The position numbers and the translations under genes were made by a program. A stretch of 64,000 nucleotides of DNA from Candidatus Microgenomates bacterium. GTDB lineage: Bacteria; Patescibacteriota; Microgenomatia; UBA8517; JACQJR01. The notes under the pieces were generated by a model that had not been told where the DNA came from, did no database searches, and saw nothing but the letters and a program-made list of their open reading frames with translations. Location of the stretch: contig JACQJR010000001.1 in the NCBI GenBank assembly GCA_016204995.1, positions 92,548 to 156,547 on the forward strand, given 5' to 3'. Below, piece after piece: positions 27,612-36,144 of the stretch (positions within the stretch are counted from its first letter, which is position 1; the number at the start of each line of letters is the position of its first letter).

Positions 27612-28448
27612 GTGGTGGAAGAAACAACTAAAATAGCTGTTTTCAAAGGCAAAGAAATTAGGAAAACTATTTATAAAAATGAATGGTGGTTTTCCATTGT
27701 TGATATTGTTGAAGCGTTAACCGGAACAGATAGACCAAGAAAATACTGGAGTGATCTCAAAAAAAAGTTACTTAAAGAAGGTTATGCTGAAGTGTCCGAA
27801 AAAATCGGACAGTTGAAGTTAGAAGCCCCTGATGGAAAGTTAAGAGAAACAGACTGTGCTAATACCGAGACTATATTTAGAATAATTCAAACTATTCCCT
27901 CACCTAAGGCTGAACCATTTAAGAGGTGGTTAGCAAGAGTGGGTTACGAGAGAATCCGAGAAATAGAAGATCCGGAGCTAGCCACTAAAAGAACCAGGGC
28001 GTTATATAAAGCCAAGGGATATTCTGATGCTTGGATTGAAAAACGAATGAGGGGAATTGAAATAAGGGAAACTTTAACTGATGAATGGAAAAAACGAAAA
28101 GTAGGCGGAGAAACAGAATATGCCATATTAACTGCTGAAATATCCAAAGCTACCTTTGGAATGACACCCAGCCAGTATAAAAAGTTTAAGAATCTAAAAA
28201 GAGAAAATTTAAGAGACCATATGAACGACCTTGAATTAATTTTCTCCATGCTTGGAGAAGCCTCAACAACAGAGATAGCTAAAAATAAGGATGCTCAAAG
28301 ATTTGTCCAAAATAAAAAAGCTGCGCAAGAAGGGGGAACTGTGGCAGGCAACGCTAGAAAAGAGCTGGAAAAAAGAAGCGGTCAAAAGGTTTCTATCAAA
28401 CAAAACTACCTTACCAAACCACAAAGTAGTAGATTACTAGAAAAGTAA
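27612..28448 (+). CDS. Bro-N domain (phage antirepressor-like) DNA-binding protein
   Basis: EWWFSIVDIV, PRKYWSDLK, LKLEAPDGK, IIQTIPSPKAEPFKRWLA and NLRDHMNDLELIF motifs; GTG start. Confidence 0.88.
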   Translation: MVEETTKIAVFKGKEIRKTIYKNEWWFSIVDIVEALTGTDRPRKYWSDLKKKLLKEGYAEVSEKIGQLKLEAPDGKLRETDCANTETIFRIIQTIPSPKAEPFKRWLARVGYERIREIEDPELATKRTRALYKAKGYSDAWIEKRMRGIEIRETLTDEWKKRKVGGETEYAILTAEISKATFGMTPSQYKKFKNLKRENLRDHMNDLELIFSMLGEASTTEIAKNKDAQRFVQNKKAAQEGGTVAGNARKELEKRSGQKVSIKQNYLTKPQSSRLLEK

Positions 28449-28464
28449 GACTAAACCTTAAAAA

Positions 28465-28851
28465 CTACTTTCTTATCAAAGGTATAGCTTCTTTGGGAAT
28501 TTTGCGCACTTTAATAGTTTTCATTCCTAGTTGTTTAGCTTTAACTAAACGATGTAGTCCATCCAATAATAGCCATCTATTCTTCCAAAACATAATATCT
28601 AATGGATATGAAAGATCAGACTTCATTGTTCTGTCAAATTCTTCTTTATACCCTTTTGGATTTGCCAAGACTTCATTAGGAGTTAAATCGTAAAATCCTC
28701 CTGGTTTATCCCAAAAGGGAATATCAAAATGCCATTCAAGTTCGGAAATATCCATTTCTTCTACTGGCAAATCCAATGCCCAAACTTTTTCCTCACTCCA
28801 ATGAAAATCAAATCCTACTTCTTCAATTATTTTTGGCAATTTTTTATCCAT
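28465..28851 (-). CDS. Small ParB/Srx-like domain protein
   Basis: DLSYPL...LLDGLHRLVKA...I.V, resembling the ParB-N GxHR motif. Confidence 0.65.
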   Translation of the reverse strand: MDKKLPKIIEEVGFDFHWSEEKVWALDLPVEEMDISELEWHFDIPFWDKPGGFYDLTPNEVLANPKGYKEEFDRTMKSDLSYPLDIMFWKNRWLLLDGLHRLVKAKQLGMKTIKVRKIPKEAIPLIRK

Positions 28852-28894
28852 GTAGCTAACCCGCGTTATATCATATATTCATATATGATATATC

Positions 28895-29791
28895 TCACCA
28901 AAACAGTAATCTGTATTTCTCTAGAATCCAGATACCGGTCCAGACTAGCCAAAGAATTGGGGCAGGGTATTGGCCGACATAATGCTTTTTATAAAAAATC
29001 CGCATGGCTTCTACTGATGCCAAAGCTGCTCTTCCTCGTGTACCACGAGTAGCAGATGAAACTGATTTTGTCTGTTTTTTGACCCCGGAGGAAATGCCTC
29101 GGTAATGTAAAATAGACACTGTTGGCACATACATAATTTTCCAGTTAGATTTTTTTAAACGATAGCAAAAATCTAAATCTTCTCCATACCAAAAATAATC
29201 CTCATCCCACCAACCAACCTGCTCGCCCGCCTCGCGTCTAACTATCATAAAAGCACCGGTTAGGGCATCAATTTCATGAATATTATGGCGGCTCATATAG
29301 CCAAGAGTGTAGCCGGAAAAAAGCCGCGACTTGGGGAATAAATTTTCTAAACCAAAAAAGTGGCAGAAAGCGTTCCAGGGGGTGGGGAAACCACGATGAG
29401 CTCCATCATCTAAACCGCCGCCAGGAGCATTAACTTGACAGGTGGCCGCCCCCACTTCACTGTTTTCATCCATAAATTTAATCATGGAAACAAAAGTATT
29501 TTTTTCTACCTCTGTATCAGGATTTAAAAATAAAATATAACGGCCTTTAGCTCCTGGAATTGCTACATTATTCCCTTTCGCAAATCCAAGATTATTTTTA
29601 TTCTCTATAATTTTGAACTTTTCACTTTGCACTTTTAACTCTTCTATCGATCCATCAGTTGAGGCGTTATCAGAAACAATTATCTCCCAGGAATATTTTC
29701 CAGCTACTGATCTTTTAATTGATTGAAGACATTTAATAATAAAATCTTTAGCATTATAATTAAGAATAATAATTGATAGGTCAATACTCAC
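28895..29791 (-). CDS. GT2 glycosyltransferase (WbbL/rhamnosyltransferase-like)
   Basis: SIIILNYN, DNASTDGS, NLGFAKGNN, LNPDT and YGEDLDFC motifs. Confidence 0.93.
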   Translation of the reverse strand: MSIDLSIIILNYNAKDFIIKCLQSIKRSVAGKYSWEIIVSDNASTDGSIEELKVQSEKFKIIENKNNLGFAKGNNVAIPGAKGRYILFLNPDTEVEKNTFVSMIKFMDENSEVGAATCQVNAPGGGLDDGAHRGFPTPWNAFCHFFGLENLFPKSRLFSGYTLGYMSRHNIHEIDALTGAFMIVRREAGEQVGWWDEDYFWYGEDLDFCYRLKKSNWKIMYVPTVSILHYRGISSGVKKQTKSVSSATRGTRGRAALASVEAMRIFYKKHYVGQYPAPILWLVWTGIWILEKYRLLFW

Positions 29792-30983
29792 CGCCCACCT
29801 CCCGATAAATATTATCTAAATGTTCGGCAATTTTAGTCCAATTATATTTTTCTTCAAATAGGCGACGCGCAGAACTGGTTATATTGGCATAAAACTTTTT
29901 ATCTTTTATTAAACTAATTGCGGCTTTGGCCATTTCTTCCGGTGCGTCTCTGACTAACACTTCCTGATTATTCTCTGCCGAAATCCCTTCAATGCCGATA
30001 GAAGTCGTGACTACCGGCACACCAGCCGCCATCGCCCCTAAAATTTTTAAGCGCGTTCCCCCTGGACCAGCCAACGGAGCCACGAAAATAGTCGCATTTC
30101 CATAAGCGCGCCTGACACCATCGATGTCCGATGATTTTAATTCATGGATTTCTATGCCATTACCAGCCAAATCACCGATTTTTTCCTTCACTCCTTGTCC
30201 CACGATCCAACAAACTGCCTCTGGAATTTCTTTCTTAATTAAAGGAAAAATATCTTTAGCTAAAATTTTGGCGGCTTCGGTATTTTGCAACCAATTAAAG
30301 TTGCCTTGATAAAGAATAATTGGAGTGGTAATTGATCTTCTCTTGCCCCATAAATTTACCAGATCTTCACCGGCGCCATTAGGAACAATATCCACATGTA
30401 AATTAGGAACTAGGGACAGCATTTTAGCTTTATCTGATTCTGACATGGCGATGACTCTTTTGGCCTTTTTCCAAAACCTTGATTCCCAAAACTTCAACTT
30501 GAAAACATCCAGATATAAAAATGGCTTTAAGGGAAAGATGCGAAAACTGTCTAAATAATGTTGATAGACTTGATACTCAATGGTTTGTTCAACCAAAAGT
30601 ATCGGCACCGTAGTTTTAGGAATATTAGTCATCACATAAAAAGTTTCCGAATGAATTAAATCATAGGGTTGTTTTTTTAATTCCTCTTTGACTGCCCGCC
30701 GAAAACTGGGTAAAAGATAAATTGCTACTAAAAAGGGGTAGGGAGTAGCACCGGATAGCAAAACATTAATCATTGACCAAGCTCTTCTTCTTTTAAAAAC
30801 CTTAACTTCTTTACAATATTTTGTGAGCTCTGCCACATATTTTTTCTCTGCTTCATCCCTGATATAGCAAAAAAGAGTAATGTCATGTTTTTTATAAAGC
30901 TGCTTGATTAAATTATAGGAACGGACCTGCCCGCCGGAAGAAGGCGGATAAGGCAGATAAGGAGTGAGCATTAAGATACGCAT
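29781..30983 (-). CDS. GT4 glycosyltransferase
   Basis: PYPPSSGGQVR, VPNG and GGTRLKILGAMAAGVPVVTT motifs. Confidence 0.92.
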   Translation of the reverse strand: MRILMLTPYLPYPPSSGGQVRSYNLIKQLYKKHDITLFCYIRDEAEKKYVAELTKYCKEVKVFKRRRAWSMINVLLSGATPYPFLVAIYLLPSFRRAVKEELKKQPYDLIHSETFYVMTNIPKTTVPILLVEQTIEYQVYQHYLDSFRIFPLKPFLYLDVFKLKFWESRFWKKAKRVIAMSESDKAKMLSLVPNLHVDIVPNGAGEDLVNLWGKRRSITTPIILYQGNFNWLQNTEAAKILAKDIFPLIKKEIPEAVCWIVGQGVKEKIGDLAGNGIEIHELKSSDIDGVRRAYGNATIFVAPLAGPGGTRLKILGAMAAGVPVVTTSIGIEGISAENNQEVLVRDAPEEMAKAAISLIKDKKFYANITSSARRLFEEKYNWTKIAEHLDNIYREVGGEY

Positions 30984-30986
30984 AGA

Positions 30987-31073
30987 TAATTGACCTAATT
31001 AACCTAATTTCTAATTGACCTAAAATTTGTACATTGGGATTTGATTAGAAATTAGAACAATTAGTAATTAGAA
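30987..31073. repeat. CTAATT/AATTAG inverted repeat element, copy 3; contains the stop of the 31068-32570 gene
   Basis: Near reverse complement of 12690-12745. Confidence 0.85.
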
Positions 31074-32570
31074 TAATTTCACAATCACATATTGGTCAGT
31101 TTTCTCCAATACTTTATATTGCTCCATAACTTCTTGAGTTTGTTTATCAAAATTTACTGACACATAATACTCGGCACCTAACCTTTTGATCATATACTCC
31201 ATCGGTAAAGTCACAAATGGCCAACCGTTACGATTTGTTTGGTATAAGAAAGCCGTATCACCGTTGTAAGGTGCGATAATGCGCGCATCGGGTGGAGTAA
31301 GTCTTTGAACCGCAGCGCCCGCTGTGATAATTTCCGGGTGATTAATTTTATAATATTCTTTAACTTGATAAGCGGATAAGGCAAATCCTATTAAAATGCT
31401 AGTAATCAAGATGCCTCTAGTTAAAAATTTATTGAATTCTTTTAAATTCCACAACAGTAAAGTTCCGTAAGCTAAAGATAAACAAACTGCAGGTATAATC
31501 AGGGTCTGATAATAATCATGACGAACACTGGCTGTTGCCACTACCGTCATATAAAGAATTTGTGACGCAACAAAAATATGAACTATGTAGGGAAAAGCTT
31601 TAGCTTTATTAACCATTCCAAACAAAAATGGCAAAACCGCTCCTATTCCTAAAATTAATTGGCCTAGACGGGCGCTAAATATCCAATACCACCAAGCCGG
31701 CCGAAAACGAATATTGTCGCCATTAAAGGCCCATTGCCAATGCGGTATACCAACTAAATTGGTAATTTGATTCATCCAAATTCGCCAAGAGAGAAAGGGA
31801 ATTAAAGATAATGACAAAAATATCCATAATTTAGGTTGTTTAAGCCAGCCAACTAATCCAAATTTAACAACGGCTAGATAAACCATTGGTAAAGCATAAA
31901 AACCGATGTAGGGTTTAAGGAGTAAAGCCATGGCAAAGAAAAAAGCAGAAACAAAAATATTTATGGCCCACTTCCCATCAATCCATCTGATAAAGAACCA
32001 TAAGGAGACTAAAATGAAGGCCACCGCCATTGGTTCTGGCAAAATTACCCTAGAAAAATAAATATTAAATGGCAAAAAGGCAAAGAAAAAGGCAGCCAGC
32101 AGTCCTCCAACCCCGATTGAATCGGGGCCAGCTGAACCTGCCTGCGCAGGCAGGTCAAAAAACCTTCTGCCCAATAGAAACATCATTACCACCGAAACTA
32201 AAGAGAATAACACTGACAATAATCTACCCCACATCTCCAAAGACCAATTAGGATATAGTTTATAAAGCAAGGCATGAGCCGCGTTAAAAACCGGAAACTC
32301 TACATAGCGCAAACCACGAGGATTTTCATAACTTGTTTGGGTGCTGGAAAGATCATGATATTGAGGATAAAGCAGATTGATACCATCTTTGACAAAAGTT
32401 CTACTAACCGAAGAAGTGTCTGCTTGTCTCCAGCTGTGCCAGTCAGCAATCGGGCTATCTATTTTATAAAGCCGCACAATCAGCGCCATTACCACTATGA
32501 GAGTTAATACTCCATACTCAAAATATGGCAAGTTGATTATTTTTTTAGACAAACCCTTGATTAGCATCAT
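31068..32570 (-). CDS. GT-C (ArnT/PMT-like) integral membrane glycosyltransferase
   Basis: RLY.I......WRQADT, EFP, GRLLS and LKP motifs; more than 10 TM segments. Confidence 0.85.
   Translation of the reverse strand: MMLIKGLSKKIINLPYFEYGVLTLIVVMALIVRLYKIDSPIADWHSWRQADTSSVSRTFVKDGINLLYPQYHDLSSTQTSYENPRGLRYVEFPVFNAAHALLYKLYPNWSLEMWGRLLSVLFSLVSVVMMFLLGRRFFDLPAQAGSAGPDSIGVGGLLAAFFFAFLPFNIYFSRVILPEPMAVAFILVSLWFFIRWIDGKWAINIFVSAFFFAMALLLKPYIGFYALPMVYLAVVKFGLVGWLKQPKLWIFLSLSLIPFLSWRIWMNQITNLVGIPHWQWAFNGDNIRFRPAWWYWIFSARLGQLILGIGAVLPFLFGMVNKAKAFPYIVHIFVASQILYMTVVATASVRHDYYQTLIIPAVCLSLAYGTLLLWNLKEFNKFLTRGILITSILIGFALSAYQVKEYYKINHPEIITAGAAVQRLTPPDARIIAPYNGDTAFLYQTNRNGWPFVTLPMEYMIKRLGAEYYVSVNFDKQTQEVMEQYKVLEKTDQYVIVKLF
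32111..32155. repeat. Tandem of the 15-bp (CCCGATTGAATCGGG, 32112-32126) and 18-bp (32137-32154) palindromes in one loop
   Basis: Encodes LPAQAG-SAG-PDSIG between TM helices. Confidence 0.95.
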
Positions 32571-33939
32571 GTTTATAAATCGCGCCTATAGCCGCTCCTG
32601 ATATTAACCAAAAAATAATGGATACTTTGGAGGCTTCAAAAACATCAATAAAAGTGGCATTGATTAACATTGCCACCAAACTGCCGGCAAAGCCTGCCAC
32701 AAAGGCTGTTTGAACGTTAAACTTTTTGGTATGATGGAAAAAATTAAGCATCAATTTAAACAATCTGGCAATTATTAAGAAAAAGGCTAGGGCACCGATT
32801 AAACCAACTTCTCCTAATAATCTTAAATAATCATTATCTGTGGCTAGGGTAATAGAAGAATAGCCTGTCCCTAAAAGTGGATTTTTATAAAAAGAACGTA
32901 AGGCGCGGGGCCATTCTACATTCAAGCGAATAGAAGTAGAACGATCTTCAATCACATTTGGACTTGGAGTTTTTTCTAAGATGGTTGACTCTTTTCTCTT
33001 AGGCGCTGTCGCCCCTTCCACTTCCTGTGCCCAAACTGGAGTCGGCAGTAAATTAAGTTGAATTTTCTGTAAGATTTTATCCTGATAAATTTTAAGTGTG
33101 TGGAGGTAGCGGTTACCCAAGTTACTGAAAGTCAACATTACCAAGATACTACCTACTACCACCGGCACAATTAGTAATTTTTTCTTCAGTAGCCAAAGGG
33201 TTAAAGTCACGCCGACTAGATAAGCGGCGAAAGAAATTCTGGATTCGGTCTGGATTAACAACCAAAATCCTGGTATCACCGTACCAATTAATAGTAAAAA
33301 ACGATACCCCCATTTTTTAATAGTAAAAAAATAAGCAAAGCAGATTGGAAAAACCAGAGCCACAAAAGCTGCCAAGTCGTAATGACCGCCAAAGGTGGAA
33401 TGGAGTCGGGCACCCGGCACCAGTCTTAAAGCCAGACCTTTGGCAAATTCAGAATTTTGAGTGGAAATTACCGGCCAGTCAAAATACTTTTGTCCCACTG
33501 CATACAAAAAAATTAAAAGGATATCAATAAATAAAATCTCGCCAAAAAAACGGACTCCTTTATATTTACGGACAAAGATAAAAGCCGCAAAGAAAGGAAT
33601 AACATATTCAATCCGCCTAGCCCAATGTAATAAGCCGATATGGGGAACAACAGTTTGAGTTAAAAAAATGCCGGAGAGAAGTGAGATAAAACCGGCAATG
33701 AAAAATAAAAAGAAGGCCTGATTTAATTTATCACGCCAAAAGGTTTGCCAATTACCCGCTAAATACCAAAAAAGTAAAGCAGAAATAATGGTTAGTAAAA
33801 AGTCTTCTGCTCGTACTGCCACGTAAGTACCGGGAACATTGAAAAGAGGAAATTTGGGATAAAGCGGGATCACCAGCAAGGTAGCCGCCAAAAACCACTT
33901 CAAAATACCCGTATTAAATTTTGCCCAAAGCGCCAACAT
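32545..33939 (-). CDS. O-antigen ligase/polymerase (Wzy_C) family membrane protein
   Basis: RLHSTFGGHYDLA, TESRIS, NPLLGTG and DNDYLRLLGEVG motifs; many TM segments. Confidence 0.85.
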   Translation of the reverse strand: MLALWAKFNTGILKWFLAATLLVIPLYPKFPLFNVPGTYVAVRAEDFLLTIISALLFWYLAGNWQTFWRDKLNQAFFLFFIAGFISLLSGIFLTQTVVPHIGLLHWARRIEYVIPFFAAFIFVRKYKGVRFFGEILFIDILLIFLYAVGQKYFDWPVISTQNSEFAKGLALRLVPGARLHSTFGGHYDLAAFVALVFPICFAYFFTIKKWGYRFLLLIGTVIPGFWLLIQTESRISFAAYLVGVTLTLWLLKKKLLIVPVVVGSILVMLTFSNLGNRYLHTLKIYQDKILQKIQLNLLPTPVWAQEVEGATAPKRKESTILEKTPSPNVIEDRSTSIRLNVEWPRALRSFYKNPLLGTGYSSITLATDNDYLRLLGEVGLIGALAFFLIIARLFKLMLNFFHHTKKFNVQTAFVAGFAGSLVAMLINATFIDVFEASKVSIIFWLISGAAIGAIYKHDANQGFV

Positions 33940-34813
33940 AGATTTTAGCCCGCGTGGGGCGGGCTATGGTAAAAATAATAATTCTCAACAAGCTTCCTAT
34001 CAATAATAATAAACGCAAAATGAGTCTTTGCCAAAATGGAAAATGTTTTTGGTAAAGCAATTTTAAGCCCTTAATTTCTCCATAAATTGTGCCACTCCTT
34101 GTGCCGCTGGCTCCGCCATAATGGATAATTGAAGTAATTGGGGTATAAGCAATATTCCATCCTGCTTTTTTGACTCGCCAGCAGTACTCCAATTCCTCCA
34201 CATAGAGAAAAAAGTCTTCATCTAATAAACCAACTTTGTTTATCACTTCCCGCCGGATTAAAAAAAACGCTCCGGTTACCCAATCTAAACCGCGTTCTTC
34301 TCTGTAAAAATTACTATCTCTGTGGGGATGATATGATCCAACTAAATCCCCTACTCCAGGGATGTCATCCAAAAGAGTCGCCCATAAAAAAAGACGGGGT
34401 AAATTAGGGAAAAAACCACCGGTGGCTTGAACACTACCGTCCGGATTTTTCAACATACAACTGGCAATTCCTACTTGCGAATGTTTTTCCATCCAATCAA
34501 GCATTTTTGCCAGCGAATTTTCGGTTAATTTGGTATCAGAATTTAGAAGCAGAATATATTTTCCTTTGGCAATTTTTATTCCCTGATTATTAGCCGCCGC
34601 AAAACCCAAGTTGTCCAAATTTTCAATTAATTTTAAATTATAAATTTTAAATTTTAAATTCCGTATGGCAGCCATGCTGCCATCGGATGATGCATTGTCC
34701 ACCACAATTACCTCATAACTTATGCCCTTAGTCCACTTTTTAATTGATGCTAAACACTCCAATAACAAATCTTTAGTATTGTAAGAAACGATAATGATGG
34801 AAAGATCAGCCAT
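33914..34813 (-). CDS. GT2 glycosyltransferase (WbbL-like)
   Basis: SIIIVSYN, DNASSDGS, NLGFAAANNQG, LLNSDT and FFLYVEELEYC motifs; ATG at 34813 preferred. Confidence 0.93.
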   Translation of the reverse strand: MADLSIIIVSYNTKDLLLECLASIKKWTKGISYEVIVVDNASSDGSMAAIRNLKFKIYNLKLIENLDNLGFAAANNQGIKIAKGKYILLLNSDTKLTENSLAKMLDWMEKHSQVGIASCMLKNPDGSVQATGGFFPNLPRLFLWATLLDDIPGVGDLVGSYHPHRDSNFYREERGLDWVTGAFFLIRREVINKVGLLDEDFFLYVEELEYCWRVKKAGWNIAYTPITSIIHYGGASGTRSGTIYGEIKGLKLLYQKHFPFWQRLILRLLLLIGSLLRIIIFTIARPTRAKIYVGALGKI

Positions 34814-35363
34814 TTTTAGTAAAAAGAGTTTTTCGCCACTCATTCAATAACAAGAGCAGTAGTGCAAAACTAACCGCCGCCAATGTTATCCGCACGAATA
34901 TATTACTTCGGTAGTAACGCATGGATATCTTCTCCTTAAACTCTCGATCGTTAATAATAATGGCATCTTTGGCTACCTGCGGAATAAAACCATTGACGAA
35001 AAACGATTCCCGAAAAGGATGAACAATTTCTTCCAGATACCAGCTTCTGGTTTGATCTTTAATGAAAGTATAAGCTTCTTCTGGAGGATAGTTGAGACGA
35101 TAAGTGGGCAGGGGAATATTTATTGTGCGACCAACTAAATTAAGGGAGGTTGAATTTAGTTGTGAGGTATGAAAAGCTAACACTTCATCCCGACTTAGAT
35201 CAGTAAAGTAAGCCCGGCGGTTTTTAAAATCTTCTGTATCCCCTCTCTCATCAGATAAGGGAGAGTTAGGAGGATTTTCAGGATATGGAGGAATAGGTAG
35301 GGCAATGTAAAAAATAAAAGCCGAAAAAATTAGTAAAATTATTACTCTGGTAATTATCTTCAT
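34806..35363 (-). CDS. Hypothetical protein with N- and C-terminal TM segments
   Basis: 185 aa; overlaps neighbours within the operon; RLNYPPEEA..IKDQTRSWYLEE core. Confidence 0.8.
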   Translation of the reverse strand: MKIITRVIILLIFSAFIFYIALPIPPYPENPPNSPLSDERGDTEDFKNRRAYFTDLSRDEVLAFHTSQLNSTSLNLVGRTINIPLPTYRLNYPPEEAYTFIKDQTRSWYLEEIVHPFRESFFVNGFIPQVAKDAIIINDREFKEKISMRYYRSNIFVRITLAAVSFALLLLLLNEWRKTLFTKNG

Positions 35364-35965
35364 TATTGGAAAAGTCTGGCACGACCTAGACGATAATGTG
35401 GATCCTTATTTTTCCGTTCTCCGATCACTTTGGCTGGTACCCCACCAACAATGGCAAATTCTGGCACGTCGCGAGTTACCACCGCTCCTGCACCTACTAC
35501 TGCCCCGCGACCGATGGTTACTCCCGGTAAAATAATGGCTCTCGGTCCGATAAAAACATAATCGCCAATCTCTACAGGAGCTACATGCGCTCCAAAATTT
35601 TCACTGTTAACATCATGCTCGCTGTTATAAATCATTACATATGAGGCAATATCCACATGGTTTCCTATTTTTAAGGGGGCCCGGCCGTCCAAAAAGACAT
35701 GATCACCGATAATCGTCCCCTGCCCGATCTTAATTCCGGCAGGATTGTAGAAATTGGCCCACATGTGGATGGTGGAACCACGGCCAATCTGCATTCCAGC
35801 TAATCTATAAAACATTCGTCTGGTCCAATGAAGCGGAATATTCCCTATCCAGCGTAAAATCATCAGTTCTAAATCCAGAAGATAGTTAAATAAGCGGTTG
35901 GCAATTTTACCTCCAGCCTCGCCAGGTCCCAGTTCTCTCCCCATCCGATCGCGAAACATCACCAT
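35363..35965 (-). CDS. Hexapeptide-repeat (LbH) sugar O-acyltransferase
   Basis: [35 protein letters not shown] and GGVPAKVI motifs. Confidence 0.93.
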   Translation of the reverse strand: MVMFRDRMGRELGPGEAGGKIANRLFNYLLDLELMILRWIGNIPLHWTRRMFYRLAGMQIGRGSTIHMWANFYNPAGIKIGQGTIIGDHVFLDGRAPLKIGNHVDIASYVMIYNSEHDVNSENFGAHVAPVEIGDYVFIGPRAIILPGVTIGRGAVVGAGAVVTRDVPEFAIVGGVPAKVIGERKNKDPHYRLGRARLFQ

Positions 35966-36018
35966 ATCTAAATTAATTATAGCATCAAATTAAACAATAT
36001 GGAGTTAAAATAATAGGC

Positions 36019-36144
36019 TACACCTTGATTACACCTTCGGGGTGTCTTACGATTACACCTAAGGTCATTAGATATTTCTCTACCATTATTCCCGATGTGT
36101 CAACCTAATACACTCCCGATGTGGAACATCTTCACACATCAGGA
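36019..36144. repeat. Cluster of REP-like short repeats and hairpins
   Basis: TACACCT x3, hairpin ACACCTTCGGGGTGT, TCCCGATGTG x2 and an inverted CACATCAGGA overlapping the GT4 3' end. Confidence 0.65.

Noticed and set aside
27612-28448. Prophage
   Set aside because: A lone Bro-N gene with no integrase, structural or replication genes nearby.
7179-31073. AT-rich repeats considered as a CRISPR array
   Set aside because: No constant 23-47-bp repeats with unique spacers and no cas genes.
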